Assembly: GCA_963789055.1 (NCBI GenBank)
Contig: CAWBJE010000005.1
Location: 123,920-187,919 of the forward strand
Length of the DNA stretch: 64,000 bases
Reading direction: 5' to 3'
Source of the DNA: an uncultured Verrucomicrobiae bacterium
GTDB taxonomy: Bacteria; Verrucomicrobiota; Verrucomicrobiia; Limisphaerales; UBA11358
Part shown: positions 9,535 through 24,401 of the stretch, in pieces
Numbering within the stretch: the stretch's first letter is position 1
Layout: every line of letters begins with the position of its first letter
Translations under genes and position numbers: made by a program
Notes under the pieces: model-generated
What the model was told of the DNA's origin: nothing
Seen by the model: the letters and a program-made list of their open reading frames with translations, nothing else
Databases searched by the model: none

Positions 9535-9668
9535 TTGACCCTTTCTACCACAGATGGACACAGATAAACACGGATTTTTTTGACGCGAATTACGCTAATA
9601 TCCGCTAATTAAACATCAATTCGTGAAATTAGCGTCAAACTTTTAACTTGTATTCGTTCGTGTCGAAT

Positions 9669-10448
9669 TCAATCCAAAAATGACGTCAACGGACTGGTGG
9701 CGCTGGCGTTTTCCTGCACCGCCCCGAGGCCGGCTTCAAATGCCGCCCGACCGGCTTCCACCGCCATTTTGAAGGCAACCGCCATCCGGTTCGGGTCGCT
9801 CGACACCGCCACGGCGGTGTTCACCAGCACGGCGTCCGCGCCCATTTCCATTGCCTCCGCCGCGTGGCTCGGCGAGCCGAGCCCGGCGTCCACGACGACC
9901 GGCACGATGGCCTGCTCGATGATGATGCGGATCTGGTCGCGGGTCTGGATGCCGCGATTTGAGCCAATGGGCGAGCCGAGCGGCATCACGGTGGCCACGC
10001 CAACGTCCTGCAATCGTTTCGCCAACACCGGGTCGGCGTTGATATAAGGCAGCACGGTGAATCCGTCCTTCACCAGAATTTCGGCGGCCTTGAATGTTTC
10101 CATGGGGTCGGGCAGCAGGTAGCGCGGGTCGGGATGGATTTCGAGCTTCACCCATTTGGGCAGCCCGGCGGCGGCGGCGAGCCTGGCCAGGCGCACGGCT
10201 TCCTCGGCGTTCAACGCGCCGCTGGTGTTGGGCAGCAGCAGGTATTTTTTCGGGTCAATGAATTCCAGGATGTTCGCAAACGGATCTTTCTTGCCGCTCA
10301 AATCAGCGCGGCGCAGGGCCACAGTGACCAATTCCGCGCCGCTGGCAGCGAGCGCATCGCGCATGGCTTCAGGCGACGAAAATTTCCCCGTGCCCATGAT
10401 GAGGCGCGAGTGGAACTTCCTCCCGGCAATGACCAATGATTGGTTCAT
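9669..10448 (-). CDS. thiG: Thiazole synthase
   Basis: [41 protein letters not shown] motifs. Confidence 0.97.
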   Translation of the reverse strand: MNQSLVIAGRKFHSRLIMGTGKFSSPEAMRDALAASGAELVTVALRRADLSGKKDPFANILEFIDPKKYLLLPNTSGALNAEEAVRLARLAAAAGLPKWVKLEIHPDPRYLLPDPMETFKAAEILVKDGFTVLPYINADPVLAKRLQDVGVATVMPLGSPIGSNRGIQTRDQIRIIIEQAIVPVVVDAGLGSPSHAAEAMEMGADAVLVNTAVAVSSDPNRMAVAFKMAVEAGRAAFEAGLGAVQENASATSPLTSFLD

Positions 10449-10584
10449 TTACGATTTATGATTGATGATTTTTGATTCGCGGGTGTTTGACCGTGCGAAT
10501 CGAAACCACCTCGCCCTTAATTTAGGAAATTCCGGCGATTTGTCGAGGCGAGAAGAAAGATGGAACGGACAGTCTCCTGTACGT

Positions 10585-13311
<2,727 letters not shown>

Positions 13312-13363
13312 CGCGCCCTGTTTTGTCAACGTGTGGTCATGAGCCCTCGAGATTCATCCGTTT

Positions 13364-13804
13364 TCAGTCCGGAAACCGGTTCCACGCCAGCCAGTAGAAA
13401 CCGAAAACTTCCATCAACTTCGAGAATTTTTCGAAGTCCACCGGCTTCACCAGGTAACTCCCCGCGCCGTTGGTGTAGGCGTTGAGCAGGTCGGACTCGG
13501 CGCCTGAGGTGGTGAGTACGACGGTCGGGATGCGTTTCAGTTCGTCATCCTCTTTGAGCCGGCGCAAAACCTCCAATCCATCCACTTTGGGCAGCCGCAA
13601 ATCCAGGAGGATGAGTTGCGGGCGGGGGCTGGATTGGGGGTCAGCGTAGGTGCCTTGATGGAAGAGATAATCCAACGCCGCCTGGCCGTCTTCCACATGG
13701 ACAATACGATTGGCTACGCGAAAAGTCCCCAGGTTACGCCGCACGATCTCGGCGTGCGCCGGGTCGTCTTCCACGAGCAGTATGGTGACAGGATTCCCGT
13801 TCAT
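13364..13804 (-). CDS. Single-domain response regulator (Rcp1-like)
   Basis: LLVEDD, LLDLRLPKVDG, VVLTTS, YLVKPV..F...W pattern. Confidence 0.9.
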   Translation of the reverse strand: MNGNPVTILLVEDDPAHAEIVRRNLGTFRVANRIVHVEDGQAALDYLFHQGTYADPQSSPRPQLILLDLRLPKVDGLEVLRRLKEDDELKRIPTVVLTTSGAESDLLNAYTNGAGSYLVKPVDFEKFSKLMEVFGFYWLAWNRFPD

Positions 13805-13868
13805 AATATTGGTTTTTGGGTCGAATACAGCAGGTTTTGAGCCGTTTTTCGAGGCGCCAAACAATTTA

Positions 13869-15653
13869 TTATGATTCTCCCTTTGATGCGCTTCCGAGAC
13901 CGTCTTTCACCAGATCCGGATACAACTTTTTCATGCAATCCGGGCAGATACCGTGCGAAAATTGGGCTTCAGAGTGCTTCTGGATATAGTTTTCCACCTG
14001 GTTCCAATATCCCTTGTCATCGCGGATTTTTTTGCAATTGGCGCAGATGGGGAGCAACCCGCTTAACAACTTCACATTTGACAGGGCTTCTTGCAGGTCA
14101 AGAATGAGCTGGTCGTGTTCAGCCTCGGTTTGTTTCCGCTCGGTGATGTCTTCCTTGACGCCGACATAGTGGGTTATATGGCCCGCGGAGTCCCGGAGGG
14201 GTGAGATGGAGGCGATTTCCCAATAGAGTTCGCCGTTCTTTTTTTTGTTGTGGAATTCACCGTTCCATTCCTTTCCCGCCGTGATGGTTTCCCACAATTC
14301 CCGGTAGGCCACCGCGCTTTTTTCACCGGATTTCAGAAGGCGCGGATTCTTGCCCAGGACCTCGGCCATAGTGTAACCGGTCACTTCGACGAACTTGGGA
14401 TTGACGTATTCGATGTCGCCGGCGCGATTGGTAATCACGATGGAGGCGGGGCTTTGTTCCACCGCCAGCGACAATTCGCGAAGCTTCTCCTCCATTTGCT
14501 TGCGCTCTGTGATGTCACGGTTGCCGCTGCGCTGACCGAGCCAGCGCCCGGCGGCGTCATAAACCGGCTGGCAATGATGATTGATCCATCGCAACTCGCC
14601 GCTCCGGGTTAAAATGCGAAAGTCCAGGTTGCAAACCTCGTTGTTGGGTTGCGAAATTTTCCGTTGGTGTTCGGTCATCCCGGTCAGATCGTCCGGATGA
14701 GTGATTTTCAGCGTCAAATCCGGGTCGGCCAGAAATTCCTCGGCGCGATAGCCGGTGATGCGTTCGGCGGAAGGCGAAACGTAAAGGAAGCGCCCGTCCG
14801 GCCCTCGCCAGGTTTCCATGTCGTAAGTCCAATCGGCCACCGTGCGGAATTTTCCCTCGCTCTCCCGGAGTTTCTCCTCCGCCTGCATTTGCCGGTCGAG
14901 ACGGTGTCGCATTTGGCGTCCGCCCCAGAAGAGACCGAGCGCACCCAATGCCCACAGACCGCCATAGGTTGCGGTGATGTGGCTTATGCGGGTCTGCTCC
15001 AAAGCCAGATACGGTGACATGGGCACGGCAATGCTGATGCCGCCGCGGACATCGCCAACCTTGTAACCTTGAGCGGCATGGCATTTCAGGCAAGAGGTCT
15101 CAACCAGCAGAGGTTTCATCAACCGCAAATACGGTTTGCCTTGATACTGTTCGCGGGAACTGACTTCAGTCCGGCCTTTTTCAAAGGCCTGCAAGGCGCG
15201 GGTTTCCCAGGCATCGGGGGCGTTGGCTGGACGTAACGGTTTCAAACTGGTGATATGGCCATAGGTCCCGAATTCTTTGGTTTCCAATTCATGCACCTGC
15301 CGCGTCATGTAGGCGGGATTCATCAGGGTCAGGCGCCGGCCCGATGGCGTGATGAGGTCGCGTTCGGGTATGTTGGTCAAATAACGATTCGGCGGCGTGA
15401 AGGCGGTAACCGGCACATAGACGCCGCCATGCATCGTGGCCCACTGGCGGTATAGCATGTCCTTGTTGAAGTTGTTTCGCGCGTTATTACGGGCGGCTTC
15501 AAACATGACACCGTGCAGCTCATACAGGTTCCAGGCCAGCGAAGCGGCAACCGCCGCCGTCCAAAGTCCAAAGACCAGCCAGGTGGCGCGCCCCAGTTGA
15601 CGCGGGCCGAAATCCGGAAGCCGGGCGGCAGGCTTGTCAGTCAGTGTTGTCAT
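13869..15653 (-). CDS. Membrane sensor: periplasmic haem-c (DUF3365/Tll0287-like) domain, two PAS domains, C-terminal 4-Cys domain
   Basis: TM-HGGVYVP...NPAYMTRQ...SCLKCH-TM; two PAS/PAC units; LLPICANCKKIRDD...SHGICPDC; TGATG coupling to the upstream gene. Confidence 0.85.
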   Translation of the reverse strand: MTTLTDKPAARLPDFGPRQLGRATWLVFGLWTAAVAASLAWNLYELHGVMFEAARNNARNNFNKDMLYRQWATMHGGVYVPVTAFTPPNRYLTNIPERDLITPSGRRLTLMNPAYMTRQVHELETKEFGTYGHITSLKPLRPANAPDAWETRALQAFEKGRTEVSSREQYQGKPYLRLMKPLLVETSCLKCHAAQGYKVGDVRGGISIAVPMSPYLALEQTRISHITATYGGLWALGALGLFWGGRQMRHRLDRQMQAEEKLRESEGKFRTVADWTYDMETWRGPDGRFLYVSPSAERITGYRAEEFLADPDLTLKITHPDDLTGMTEHQRKISQPNNEVCNLDFRILTRSGELRWINHHCQPVYDAAGRWLGQRSGNRDITERKQMEEKLRELSLAVEQSPASIVITNRAGDIEYVNPKFVEVTGYTMAEVLGKNPRLLKSGEKSAVAYRELWETITAGKEWNGEFHNKKKNGELYWEIASISPLRDSAGHITHYVGVKEDITERKQTEAEHDQLILDLQEALSNVKLLSGLLPICANCKKIRDDKGYWNQVENYIQKHSEAQFSHGICPDCMKKLYPDLVKDGLGSASKGES

Positions 15654-16303
15654 CAGGTGTCGGGTGCGCCTTTGTCCATTTTGGTAAGATATTTCCTGGC
15701 GCAGTCGGGGCAGACGCTGTGCGTAAACCGGGCGCCGGTGTGCTTCTGAATATAACTTTCCACCTGGCTCCAATAGCCCTGGTCGTCGCGGATTTTCTTG
15801 CAGGCGGAACAGATGGGCAACAAGCCGCTCAAGGTTTTGACATTGGCCAGCGCCTCCTCCAGTTCGGCAATCAGCCGCTTTTGCGCGGCCACGGCCTCAC
15901 GGCGTTCGGTGAGCAATTTCCATTCACGCAAGGCGCGCTCCACCGCGCGCGGCATCGTCACAAAAGCTTCCGCGGACTTGACGACGTAATCCAGCGCGCC
16001 CGCCTTGATGGCCTCCACCGCCACCTGCTCGTTGCCATAGCTCGTCATCACCATGATGGGAAACGGGCCGGCTTCGGGCGGACTGGTCAGAATTTCCACC
16101 GCGCGTCCATCCGAAAGGTTCAAGTCGAGCAAGGCCAGGTCCGGCGGATATTTGGTGATGTGTTGGCGGAATTCTCGCAGGGTGTCCACCACGTCGATTA
16201 GAATTTCAACCCGCTCCGTTTCAAAAGCGCGCTTGATCGCGGCGACGTGGGCCGCTTCATCCTCCACAATCAGCAAGCGTAAAGAAGGTTTTTCCATAAG
16301 CAT
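15653..16303 (-). CDS. Response regulator with C-terminal 4-Cys domain
   Basis: REC domain, coiled coil, then LLPICSACKKIRDDQGYW...THSVCPDC. Confidence 0.88.
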   Translation of the reverse strand: MLMEKPSLRLLIVEDEAAHVAAIKRAFETERVEILIDVVDTLREFRQHITKYPPDLALLDLNLSDGRAVEILTSPPEAGPFPIMVMTSYGNEQVAVEAIKAGALDYVVKSAEAFVTMPRAVERALREWKLLTERREAVAAQKRLIAELEEALANVKTLSGLLPICSACKKIRDDQGYWSQVESYIQKHTGARFTHSVCPDCARKYLTKMDKGAPDT

Positions 16304-16308
16304 GCGCT

Positions 16309-19300
16309 TTACGATGATTGTTCCGAGTCAATGATAACCGCGCCGGGCAGCGTAAACAGGAAATTCGCGCCCTGTCCCGGCCCGCCGGACTCGACCCAGA
16401 TTCGTCCTTTGTACATTTCCACGATGCGCTTGACCAACGCCAATCCCATCCCCGTTCCCTCCCGTTTGGGATCAAGCTTTTCAAACAAACCGAATATTTT
16501 CGCGTGGTAGCGCGGATCGATGCCCATGCCATTGTCGCGCACGAAAAATACCGTTTCCTTGCCGCGCTGCTCGGCGCCGATTTCGACCCGCGGTTTGGGC
16601 TGGTCGCCCATGAATTTGCAGGCGTTCTCCACCAGGTTCTGCCAGACTTCCATCAGCCGCTGGCGGTCGCCTTCCATGGCAACAGCAACATCGGCCACTT
16701 TCACTTCCGCGCCCCCGGTGCTGATGCGCCCGGCGATGAGCCGGACGGCCTCCTGCGCGATTTCCTTGAACGTGACCCGCTCCGCCGGATTCATTTTGCG
16801 TCCGACGCGCGCCAGATTCAAAAGCTCGTCGAGCAACAGGCCCATTTTGTCCGCCGCCGTGTGCATGTAGGCCACGTCCTGCTTGACCCGCTCCAGGTCC
16901 GGTCTGACCAGGTCGTGTTCCAGGTAACCGAGGAAGGTTTTTACCGTCACCAGCGGGCTTTTCAGGTCGTGCGACACGGTGTAGGTGAAGCGTTCCAATT
17001 CGGTGTTTTTTTCGCTCAACTCCTTTTCCTGGCGTTTGCGTTCGGTGACATCGCGGAAGGACCACACCCGCCCGATGATTTCACTATCCATCATCATCGG
17101 AAATGAATAACGCTCAAAAATGCGGCCGTCTTTGAACTCCAATATGTCCATGTCCAGTTTGTCCGTGCCGTACAGCGTCTGAACTTTCTTCAAGAACCCT
17201 TCCGGATCGGACAATTGTTTCAACACGAAATCCAACAAGACATGGTCGTCTCGCGTGGCCATGATGGGGGGCGGAACCCGCCAGAGTTCAGTAAACCGCT
17301 TGTTGGCTTCAATCACCTTCCCCTTGCTGTCCACGGCCAGGATGCCGTCGGCGGTGGATTCGAGAATCACATGCAGCCGGGTGTCGCTCCAGCGCAATTC
17401 CGTCTCGACCCGTTTCAAATCGGAGATGTCGGTGGTGATGCCAAAAACCTCCCAGCGATTATCCGCCAGTTTCTGGATGGTGACAAACTGTTGCATCCAG
17501 TGCCCAATCCCGTTTTTGTCGGTGCAGCGGAATTCGTTGCGGTAAAACGGCAGGTCGTTCAGGAAGGCGTTCCCTGAATTCCAGTTCATCTGGACGTGAT
17601 CGGCATGATTGCGGCTGCGGGTCCAAGCCTGCTGGTAATGCTCGCCCGGGGCCAATGCCAGCGGCAATATCTTTTGCGCGGTTTCCTCGTTGATCACGGG
17701 GAAATTCCAGCCGAACGGCGATTCCGGATGCAACGCCCGTCCCCGCCAGTCGGACGGGCCTTCCACCTGGCCGAAATTCAGGATGCAACGGGTTTGCGTA
17801 ATCACCCGCTGCAACCGTTCCTCGTTCCGGCGCAATTCCTCTTCCACCCGCTTGAGCTCGGTAATATCCCGGTTGATGCCCACCAGCCCGATGACTTTCC
17901 CATCCGGGTCCCGCATCGGAACTTTGGTGGTGGAGGTCCAGCTGACCGTGCCATCGGGTGCGATCTGTTTCTCGGTCTTGTTGATCAACGCCTCGCCGGC
18001 TTGCATGATCCGCTGCTCATCCGCATAAAACTCTTTGGCCCGCTCCGGAACTTGAAAATCGAAATCTTTTTTGCCGACGACATCTTCCGGGTCGTCCATG
18101 TTGAAACGTTTGGCAAAAGACCGGCTGACCATGAGGAATCTTGACTCGGCGTCCTTGAAATAAATCCGGTCCGGAATATTATCCAACATGGCCTGCAACA
18201 GCCGATGGGTTCTGGCCAGTGCTTCGTTGGACCGGCGCAACCCAGCTTCGGCTTTTTGCTCTCTGTAATGTCAATCAAAATACCCTGGCTGCCGATGATT
18301 TTCCCGCCAGTACCAAATACCGGCAATTTCAAGGCACGGATGAACTGCTTCTTGCCGTCGGCGTCCGTGTATTCTTCAATCGTGTCAATGGGTTGCCCGT
18401 TTTGCATGATCTGTTCATGGTGGTTTTTGCCGACAGCAGCATACTTGACGGCAGCCCCCGGATCGTTCACCTTTTGCCGCATCGTACTGGCGGCGACTTC
18501 TTCGGCCGTTTTGCCCAGAAAATGTTCCGCCTTCATGTTCTTGAGTTTGCAGAACCAGGGATTGACCAGCACATAGCGGCCGGCGGCGTCCTTTCGAAAA
18601 ACTCCCACCGGCAGTTGTTCTACGAACGAAAAATAAAGCGCCTGCGACTCCTGCAACTGTTCCTCCGCCCGCTTGCGTTCGGTGATGTCCCAAAAAAGAA
18701 GCAAGGCCGCCAGCAATTGACCACTACGGTTGTAAATCGGCGTGGCGTTCGCCAGCCCCCAGCGTTGCGTGCCGTCTTTGCGAATAACGCTGAACTCCTT
18801 ATTTCGGGTTACCTCTCCGCGAAACGCCCGTGCGAAAGGCATGTCGGATGGGGCAATCAACGTGCCGTCAGGACGGAAATCCCGCCACGTTTGCCGTTGC
18901 TGAATCTCGGAGAGCTTCAAGCCCAAGTAACGCGGCTCGTCTGAAACACCCAGGAATTCAATGGCTGCACGGTTGTCGTAGCTTAACACAAGGTCCGACG
19001 CGTTCGCGACCATAATCGGCACCGGGGACTGCTCCAGAACCGCCTCCAACATCAAGCGTGTGCGCTCCAACGCCTCCTCCGTCTGCTTGCGTTCGGTGAT
19101 GTCAAATTGGACGCCTTGCGTACCGATGATTTTTTCGTCCGGCCCAAACACCGGAGATTTCACCACCCGCAAATATCGTTTCCGGCCATTCTCGGCGGGG
19201 TATTCTTCTTCCACTTCGATCCTCTCTCCGGTGCGCATGATTTGCTCATGGTGCTTTGTCCCTTCGGATAATAATCGGGTGATTTCCGGACGTTTGTCGC

Positions 19301-21659
19301 CTTGCGCTGCCGTTTCCACGGTAATGAGTTCTTCAGGCGTTTTACCCAGAATTTCTTTTGCCTTCATCCCCCGAAGCTGACAAAACCAATCGTTCACCAG
19401 GACATAGCGGCCTTCCCGGTCTTTGCGGAAAACGCCGGCAGGCATTTGCTCGACCAGCGAATGGTAGAGCGCCTGCGATTCGCGTAACGCCTCTTCCATC
19501 TTTTTCCGTTCGGTGACATCGTGGCTGATGCCCACAACGCCAATGACCTGGCCTTTGTCGTCCTTGAGTGGAATTCGGCTTGTGATATGCCACCAATATC
19601 CACCCGTCTTGCGATTCAACGCTTGTTCCTCCCTGGGCGGGAGGGCCTTCCCGGAACGCATAATCTGCATTTCATCCTCATGATATTGCCGGGCCAATTC
19701 GGGCGGATGGAAATCGAACGCCGTTTTGTCGAGAAGCTTTTCCTGAGTGGTGCCCAACATGTTCTGGTGCGCGCTGTTGGACAGAACATAACGCCCGTTC
19801 TTGTCCTTGCTGTAAATGATGCTCGGCAGATTGTCGAGAACGGTCCGAAACAGGTTGCGTTCCTGGCGCAACTCCGCCTCCGCCCGCTTTCGCTCGGTAA
19901 TGTCACTGATGATGCCGACGAGGAATTTTTCACCCTTGTCATCGGTGTAGAGCGTCTTCTTGGTTATGATGCTGCGCACCATCCCCCGGGCATCGGTAAA
20001 CTTCTCCTCGTTGATGTTTTCCACCCCCGTTGTGAAGACCGCTTCATCCTTCTCCCAAAACACGTCCGCTTCACTCTTGGGAAAGAAATCATAATTGGAT
20101 TTCCCCAGCAGTTCTTCGCGCCTGCGCCCGACGAAATCGCAGCAGGCCTCATTGAGCAGGGCCCAGCGGTGCTGCCGGTCCTTGACGAACACCGGGTCGG
20201 CAACGGAATTGATGATTTTGCCCAGGAAATTTCTGGACTCAGCGAGTGCCAGGTCCATGCGTTTGCGCTCAGTCACATCGAGTACTTGCGACAGCACCGA
20301 GACCGCCTTTCCCTGGGCGTCCCGCAGCACGGAACTGTACCACTCGCAATCAATGACCTGCCCGTTCCTGGTGCAGTTACGGTTCGAAGAAAGAACATGC
20401 TTTGTCCCCTCGGCCGTGAGTTGCTTGATGACGTTCTGCACGGTGAGAAGATCCTCTTCGTAAACTTTGGGCAGTTTCACGATGGATTTGCCGACGGCCT
20501 CCTTCGCCTTCCACCCAAAAATCTTTTCCGCCGCCCCCGTCCACCGGGTGATAATCTGGTCGGCGTTCCACTCAATCACGGCCATGGGCGAATTGTCGGT
20601 GTGCGCCCGCAGCAGTTCCTTGCTCTCCTGCAGCGCCCCGGCCAGTCGATATTGTTCCTTGTAAAAATTGATGCTTTGATGCCGCCAGACGGCCCCCGCT
20701 CCCGCTCCCGCGCACACGACCAGGAGGCCCGCCAGCAGAATGGTCATCCACAACCGCTCCCGCAGCGGCGCATAAACTTCCGCGTCATCAATGCGGGCAA
20801 CCAGAAACCAGGGCGAATTGGGGACGGGGCGCACGTCTGCAATCACCGGCATATTGCGATAATCCACGCCCTCTACAATCCCGGTCTGGCCCAGCACGGC
20901 CTTTACCGCCGGCAGATTGGTTTGGTCCAAAGTGGCGCGAAGGGTGAGTGCCGTGTTCGTTTGAAACTTGAGTTCATTCAAGAAGACCGCCTCGTTGCCG
21001 TCCCGGCGGACCAGCAGGGTTTCGGCCGTCTGGCTGGGCGTTGGCCAGCGTTTGAGGAGCGGATAGAGATAAGTTTCAGGATCAACCCGCAAGGCAAGCA
21101 CTCCCAAAGGCCGGCCGTAGTCCGGTCCGTCAAGAATGGGCACCAGCAGTGTCAGATAAATCCGATGGTTTTGCTCGTTACGGTGGAAATCATGGAAGAC
21201 AATCTCCCGGGACTGCAGAACTTCACCCGCCCGCCGTAAAAAAACAGCGGAAACCGGCGCTGCATCGGCGGGGATGGACATCCGTTCAACACCCTGAACG
21301 TCCAGCAGAAATATACAGTCGTTCTGATTTCCGGTCCGGTATTTGTCCAGCCACGTTCGAAGCTGTTCCTGTGCTTCGGCGTCTTCCGGATGATCGAAAA
21401 AACGTCGCACCACTCCGGAAAAGGCGGCATTCTTGAAAAAGGTGGCGGCATCCCACAGCCGCTCCTTGCTATACTGCGCCAATTCGTTCACTTTCAATTC
21501 CGCAATGGCGGAAAGTTGTTGCTCGATCCCGGCGCGGAATTGTCGCTCGTAGTGTCGGTAGTAAAAAACGCCACCGGCGGCAATTCCCAATGACAGGACC
21601 AAGAAGATTAAAACGAACGGATATGCGACACGCCGTTCTTCCTTTGTAACGGCTTTCAT
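16309..21659 (-). CDS. Giant membrane sensor kinase: Cache-like periplasmic domain, about nine PAS domains, HisKA, HATPase (indel in an A-run near 18255)
   Basis: Two TM helices, repeated PAS/PAC ending in DITERK; ORFs 17985-21659 and 16309-18240 join on adding one base; SHDLKSPL, NACKF, DNGMG, GMGLA motifs. Confidence 0.88.
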
Positions 21660-21979
21660 AGATGGCCTTGATTATGAAGCGGTACCCACAAATGGCAATC
21701 CGCAAACGGCAACAATTCCCGCTGCTTGTGGCAAAACCGTCCGCTGCCGACACCGGGCGGCCGTTCAAACTGCCGTTTAACTGAAAATTTCATATCTGGG
21801 TCTTCCATTGGGTTTGATCCCGAAAAACATTCGATTTTGCAGCACTATTGATACCAGCTTTGAGCGGTGAAGCATTGTCGGCCAGCGATATTCCGGTTTG
21901 CGCGCCGCCTGAAAATCAGACGTTGCGATTGGTCAAAATGGCGCTTGGAACTTGGCGGCCGCAATTTTAGTCTGACGCC

Positions 21980-22754
21980 ATGTTCCGGCCATGCATTGAC
22001 CTGCATGAAGGCAAGGTAAAGCAAATCGTCGGCGGCACGCTCGGCGGTCCCGGCTTGCGCACGAACTTTGTCTCCGAACGCAACGCCGCCTGGTACGCGG
22101 AACTCTACCAACGCTACGGTCTCACCGGCGGCCACGTCGTGATGCTCGGTCCCGGCAACGAAGACGAAGCCTGCGCCGCCCTCGCCGCCTATCCCGGCGG
22201 GTTGCAAATCGGCGGCGGCATCAATGCCGAAAACGCCCGCAACTGGCTCGACGGCGGGGCGTCACATGTCATCGTCTCCAGTTGGGTGTTTCGCGATGGC
22301 CAGCGTGGATTGGAACCGGCTGGCCGAACTGGTCAAGGCCGTTGGCAAAAAACGGCTGGTGCTGGATTTGAGCTGCCGGCGCCGCCGCAGGAAATATTTC
22401 GTCGTCACCGACCGCTGGCAGAAATGGACCGACGTGACTATCTCTCCGGACACACTTCAAAAATTTGCCGGGAGTTGTGCCGAATTTTTAATTCATGCCG
22501 TGGACATGGAAGGTTTGTGCAAGGGCATTGACCATGACCTGGTCAAGCTGCTTGGCCAATGGACGCCCATTCCGACGACTTATGCCGGCGGTGCCAATTC
22601 GATGTCGGACCTGGAGGAAGTCACCCTGCTGGGCGGAGGAAAAATTGATCTGACAATTGGTTCGGCGCTGGACATTTTTGGCGGCACCAGCGTGCTGTTC
22701 GCCGACGTGGTAAAATTCAACCGCCGCCAGAGCGAATTGTCCGGCGGCGGTTGA
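21980..22754 (+). CDS. hisA: ProFAR isomerase, His6/eukaryote-like type (indel near 22300)
   Basis: [55 protein letters not shown] motifs. Confidence 0.88.
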
Positions 22755-22777
22755 ACGGGAACCAATTAAACAACCAG

Positions 22778-23125
22778 CTAGGATTTGACCACGTCAATTT
22801 TGGTCGGCGTCATCATTTGCTTGCCGTCCTTTTCCTTGACGGTGCCGGTGACGGTTACTTTTTCGGAGCTGCCGCCGCAAATGGGATCATGCGCGGCTTT
22901 GCTCACGTCATTTTGCTTCAGGTAATAATTGACGGTCTTGCCGTCTTTTTCCACCTGGACGACGTTCTGGCACTTTTGGTTTCGTGCAGCGTGCATTTGC
23001 CGCAGACCATCGTTGCCGGTGATGGTGACTTCCTTGCTCGCATCTTCAGCCGCAAGCAGGCGCGGGGTTGAAACCGCCAGCAACACGCCGCTGGCGAGGG
23101 CAAGAAACATCATGGATTTTTTCAT
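22778..23125 (-). CDS. Small exported OB-fold-like protein with Cys/His motif (two compensating indels)
   Basis: Signal peptide; an alternate frame reads MVCGKCTLHETK, joining CQNVV...HDPIC...VTVTGTV. Confidence 0.65.
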   Translation of the reverse strand: MKKSMMFLALASGVLLAVSTPRLLAAEDASKEVTITGNDGLRQMHAARNQKCQNVVQVEKDGKTVNYYLKQNDVSKAAHDPICGGSSEKVTVTGTVKEKDGKQMMTPTKIDVVKS

Positions 23126-23208
23126 AGGTTATAGATTATCGATTTGCTCCTTTTACAAAAGCTGAGACACCTCAGCTAACAGTTTCGTTCAAGCAAATTA
23201 ATGCCCCG

Positions 23209-23739
23209 TCACCTCCCTTTCGGCTTTGGGGCAAACAGTTCGGCAACAACAATTTGAAATTCCGGAATCAACGCCTCCGCCAGCACTTCGCTGCCGGCCA
23301 GAATCCCCTTCAGCGCCAGCCCCCATTCCGTGCTGTGATAAACCTCCACGTTGTCGTAACGCGGATCCACCATCCATAACCGCGGCACGCGGATGTCCTC
23401 GTAAATCTGTTTTTTGATGACGGTATCGGAACGGTGATCTTCCGTGCTGACGATTTCCACCGCCAGCCAGAGCTTGCCCGTGGCCACCGTCACCAGCGCC
23501 AGGTCGGGACAAAGCGTCGTCGTCCGGCTGATACGGACCTTTTCCCGCAAGGCGAGCAGCCGGATGGCGGCCAGGTTCGCCACGCTGGCGGTCATCAAGG
23601 CGTGGAGGCGGTCGCAAATCGCCTCGTGGCGCGCGCCCGGCGCCGAACGCGGCAGCGACCCGCCATCCAGAATTTCCTCATACGGCCCGTTCACTGCCAC
23701 CAGCAAAGCAATGTTTGGCGCCGACCGGCAAGCGGCCAT
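23209..23739 (-). CDS. Uma2 (DUF820) family PD-(D/E)xK endonuclease-like protein; start uncertain
   Basis: [20 protein letters not shown]...D...K...Y...LWMVDP motifs. Confidence 0.85.
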   Translation of the reverse strand: MAACRSAPNIALLVAVNGPYEEILDGGSLPRSAPGARHEAICDRLHALMTASVANLAAIRLLALREKVRISRTTTLCPDLALVTVATGKLWLAVEIVSTEDHRSDTVIKKQIYEDIRVPRLWMVDPRYDNVEVYHSTEWGLALKGILAGSEVLAEALIPEFQIVVAELFAPKPKGR

Positions 23740-23808
23740 TTTTGTTCAAAACAGAACTTGATGCCCCCGCTCGCCAGCATGTATAGTTTGTGCTCTTTTG
23801 ATAAATTT

Positions 23809-24072
23809 ATGGCAGTAAAAATTCGCATGAAACGCGTCGGAGCCAAAAACGCTCCGGTGTTTCGCATTGTGGTGGCTGACGGTCGCAGTCCGCGCGACGG
23901 CAAGTTCATCGAGGAAATCGGCACTTATCAGCCGCTGAAGAAGGGCGATAATTTCACGCTCAAGCTCGACCGCGCCCAATACTGGGTCAGCAAGGGCGCC
24001 CAGCCGAGCGACACCGTCGCCAGCCTCATCAAGAAGGCGGGCAAAGCGGCCGTGGCGGCGCCGGCGGCTTGA
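23809..24072 (+). CDS. rpsP: 30S ribosomal protein S16
   Basis: [11 protein letters not shown]...[22 protein letters not shown]...GAQPSDTV. Confidence 0.97.
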   Translation: MAVKIRMKRVGAKNAPVFRIVVADGRSPRDGKFIEEIGTYQPLKKGDNFTLKLDRAQYWVSKGAQPSDTVASLIKKAGKAAVAAPAA

Positions 24073-24088
24073 TCTGTATTTTTGTACA

Positions 24089-24335
24089 ATGCAGGCGTTC
24101 CTGGAATATGTCGTCAAAGGCCTTGTGCAGAACACCGACGCGGTGAGCATCACGCCGGTGGAACGCGGCGGCATGACGGTCTATGAACTGCGGCTGGACC
24201 CGCAGGACGTGGGCAAAATCATCGGCCGCCAGGGCGTGACGATCAACGCCATCCGTTCTTTGTTGCTGGCCGGCAGCGCGAAGAAAGGGCCTGCGTTGCG
24301 CGGTGGAAATTGTCGAGGAGCCGAAAAAATCGTAA
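24089..24335 (+). CDS. khpA: KH-domain RNA-binding protein (indel near 24290)
   Basis: DVGKIIGRQGVTINAIR KH motif; canonical position after rpsP; corrected end RCAVEIVEEPKKS*. Confidence 0.88.
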
Positions 24336-24401
24336 TCGTCCTCGCCCTCGTCCTCGAAAGGCTTCGATCACGAGGACGAGAACGAGAATGAGGACGATCG
24401 A

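Noticed and set aside
10449-10584. TPP riboswitch upstream of thiG
   Set aside because: No CUGAGA/AUACCUG core motifs are visible; only a heptamer repeat.
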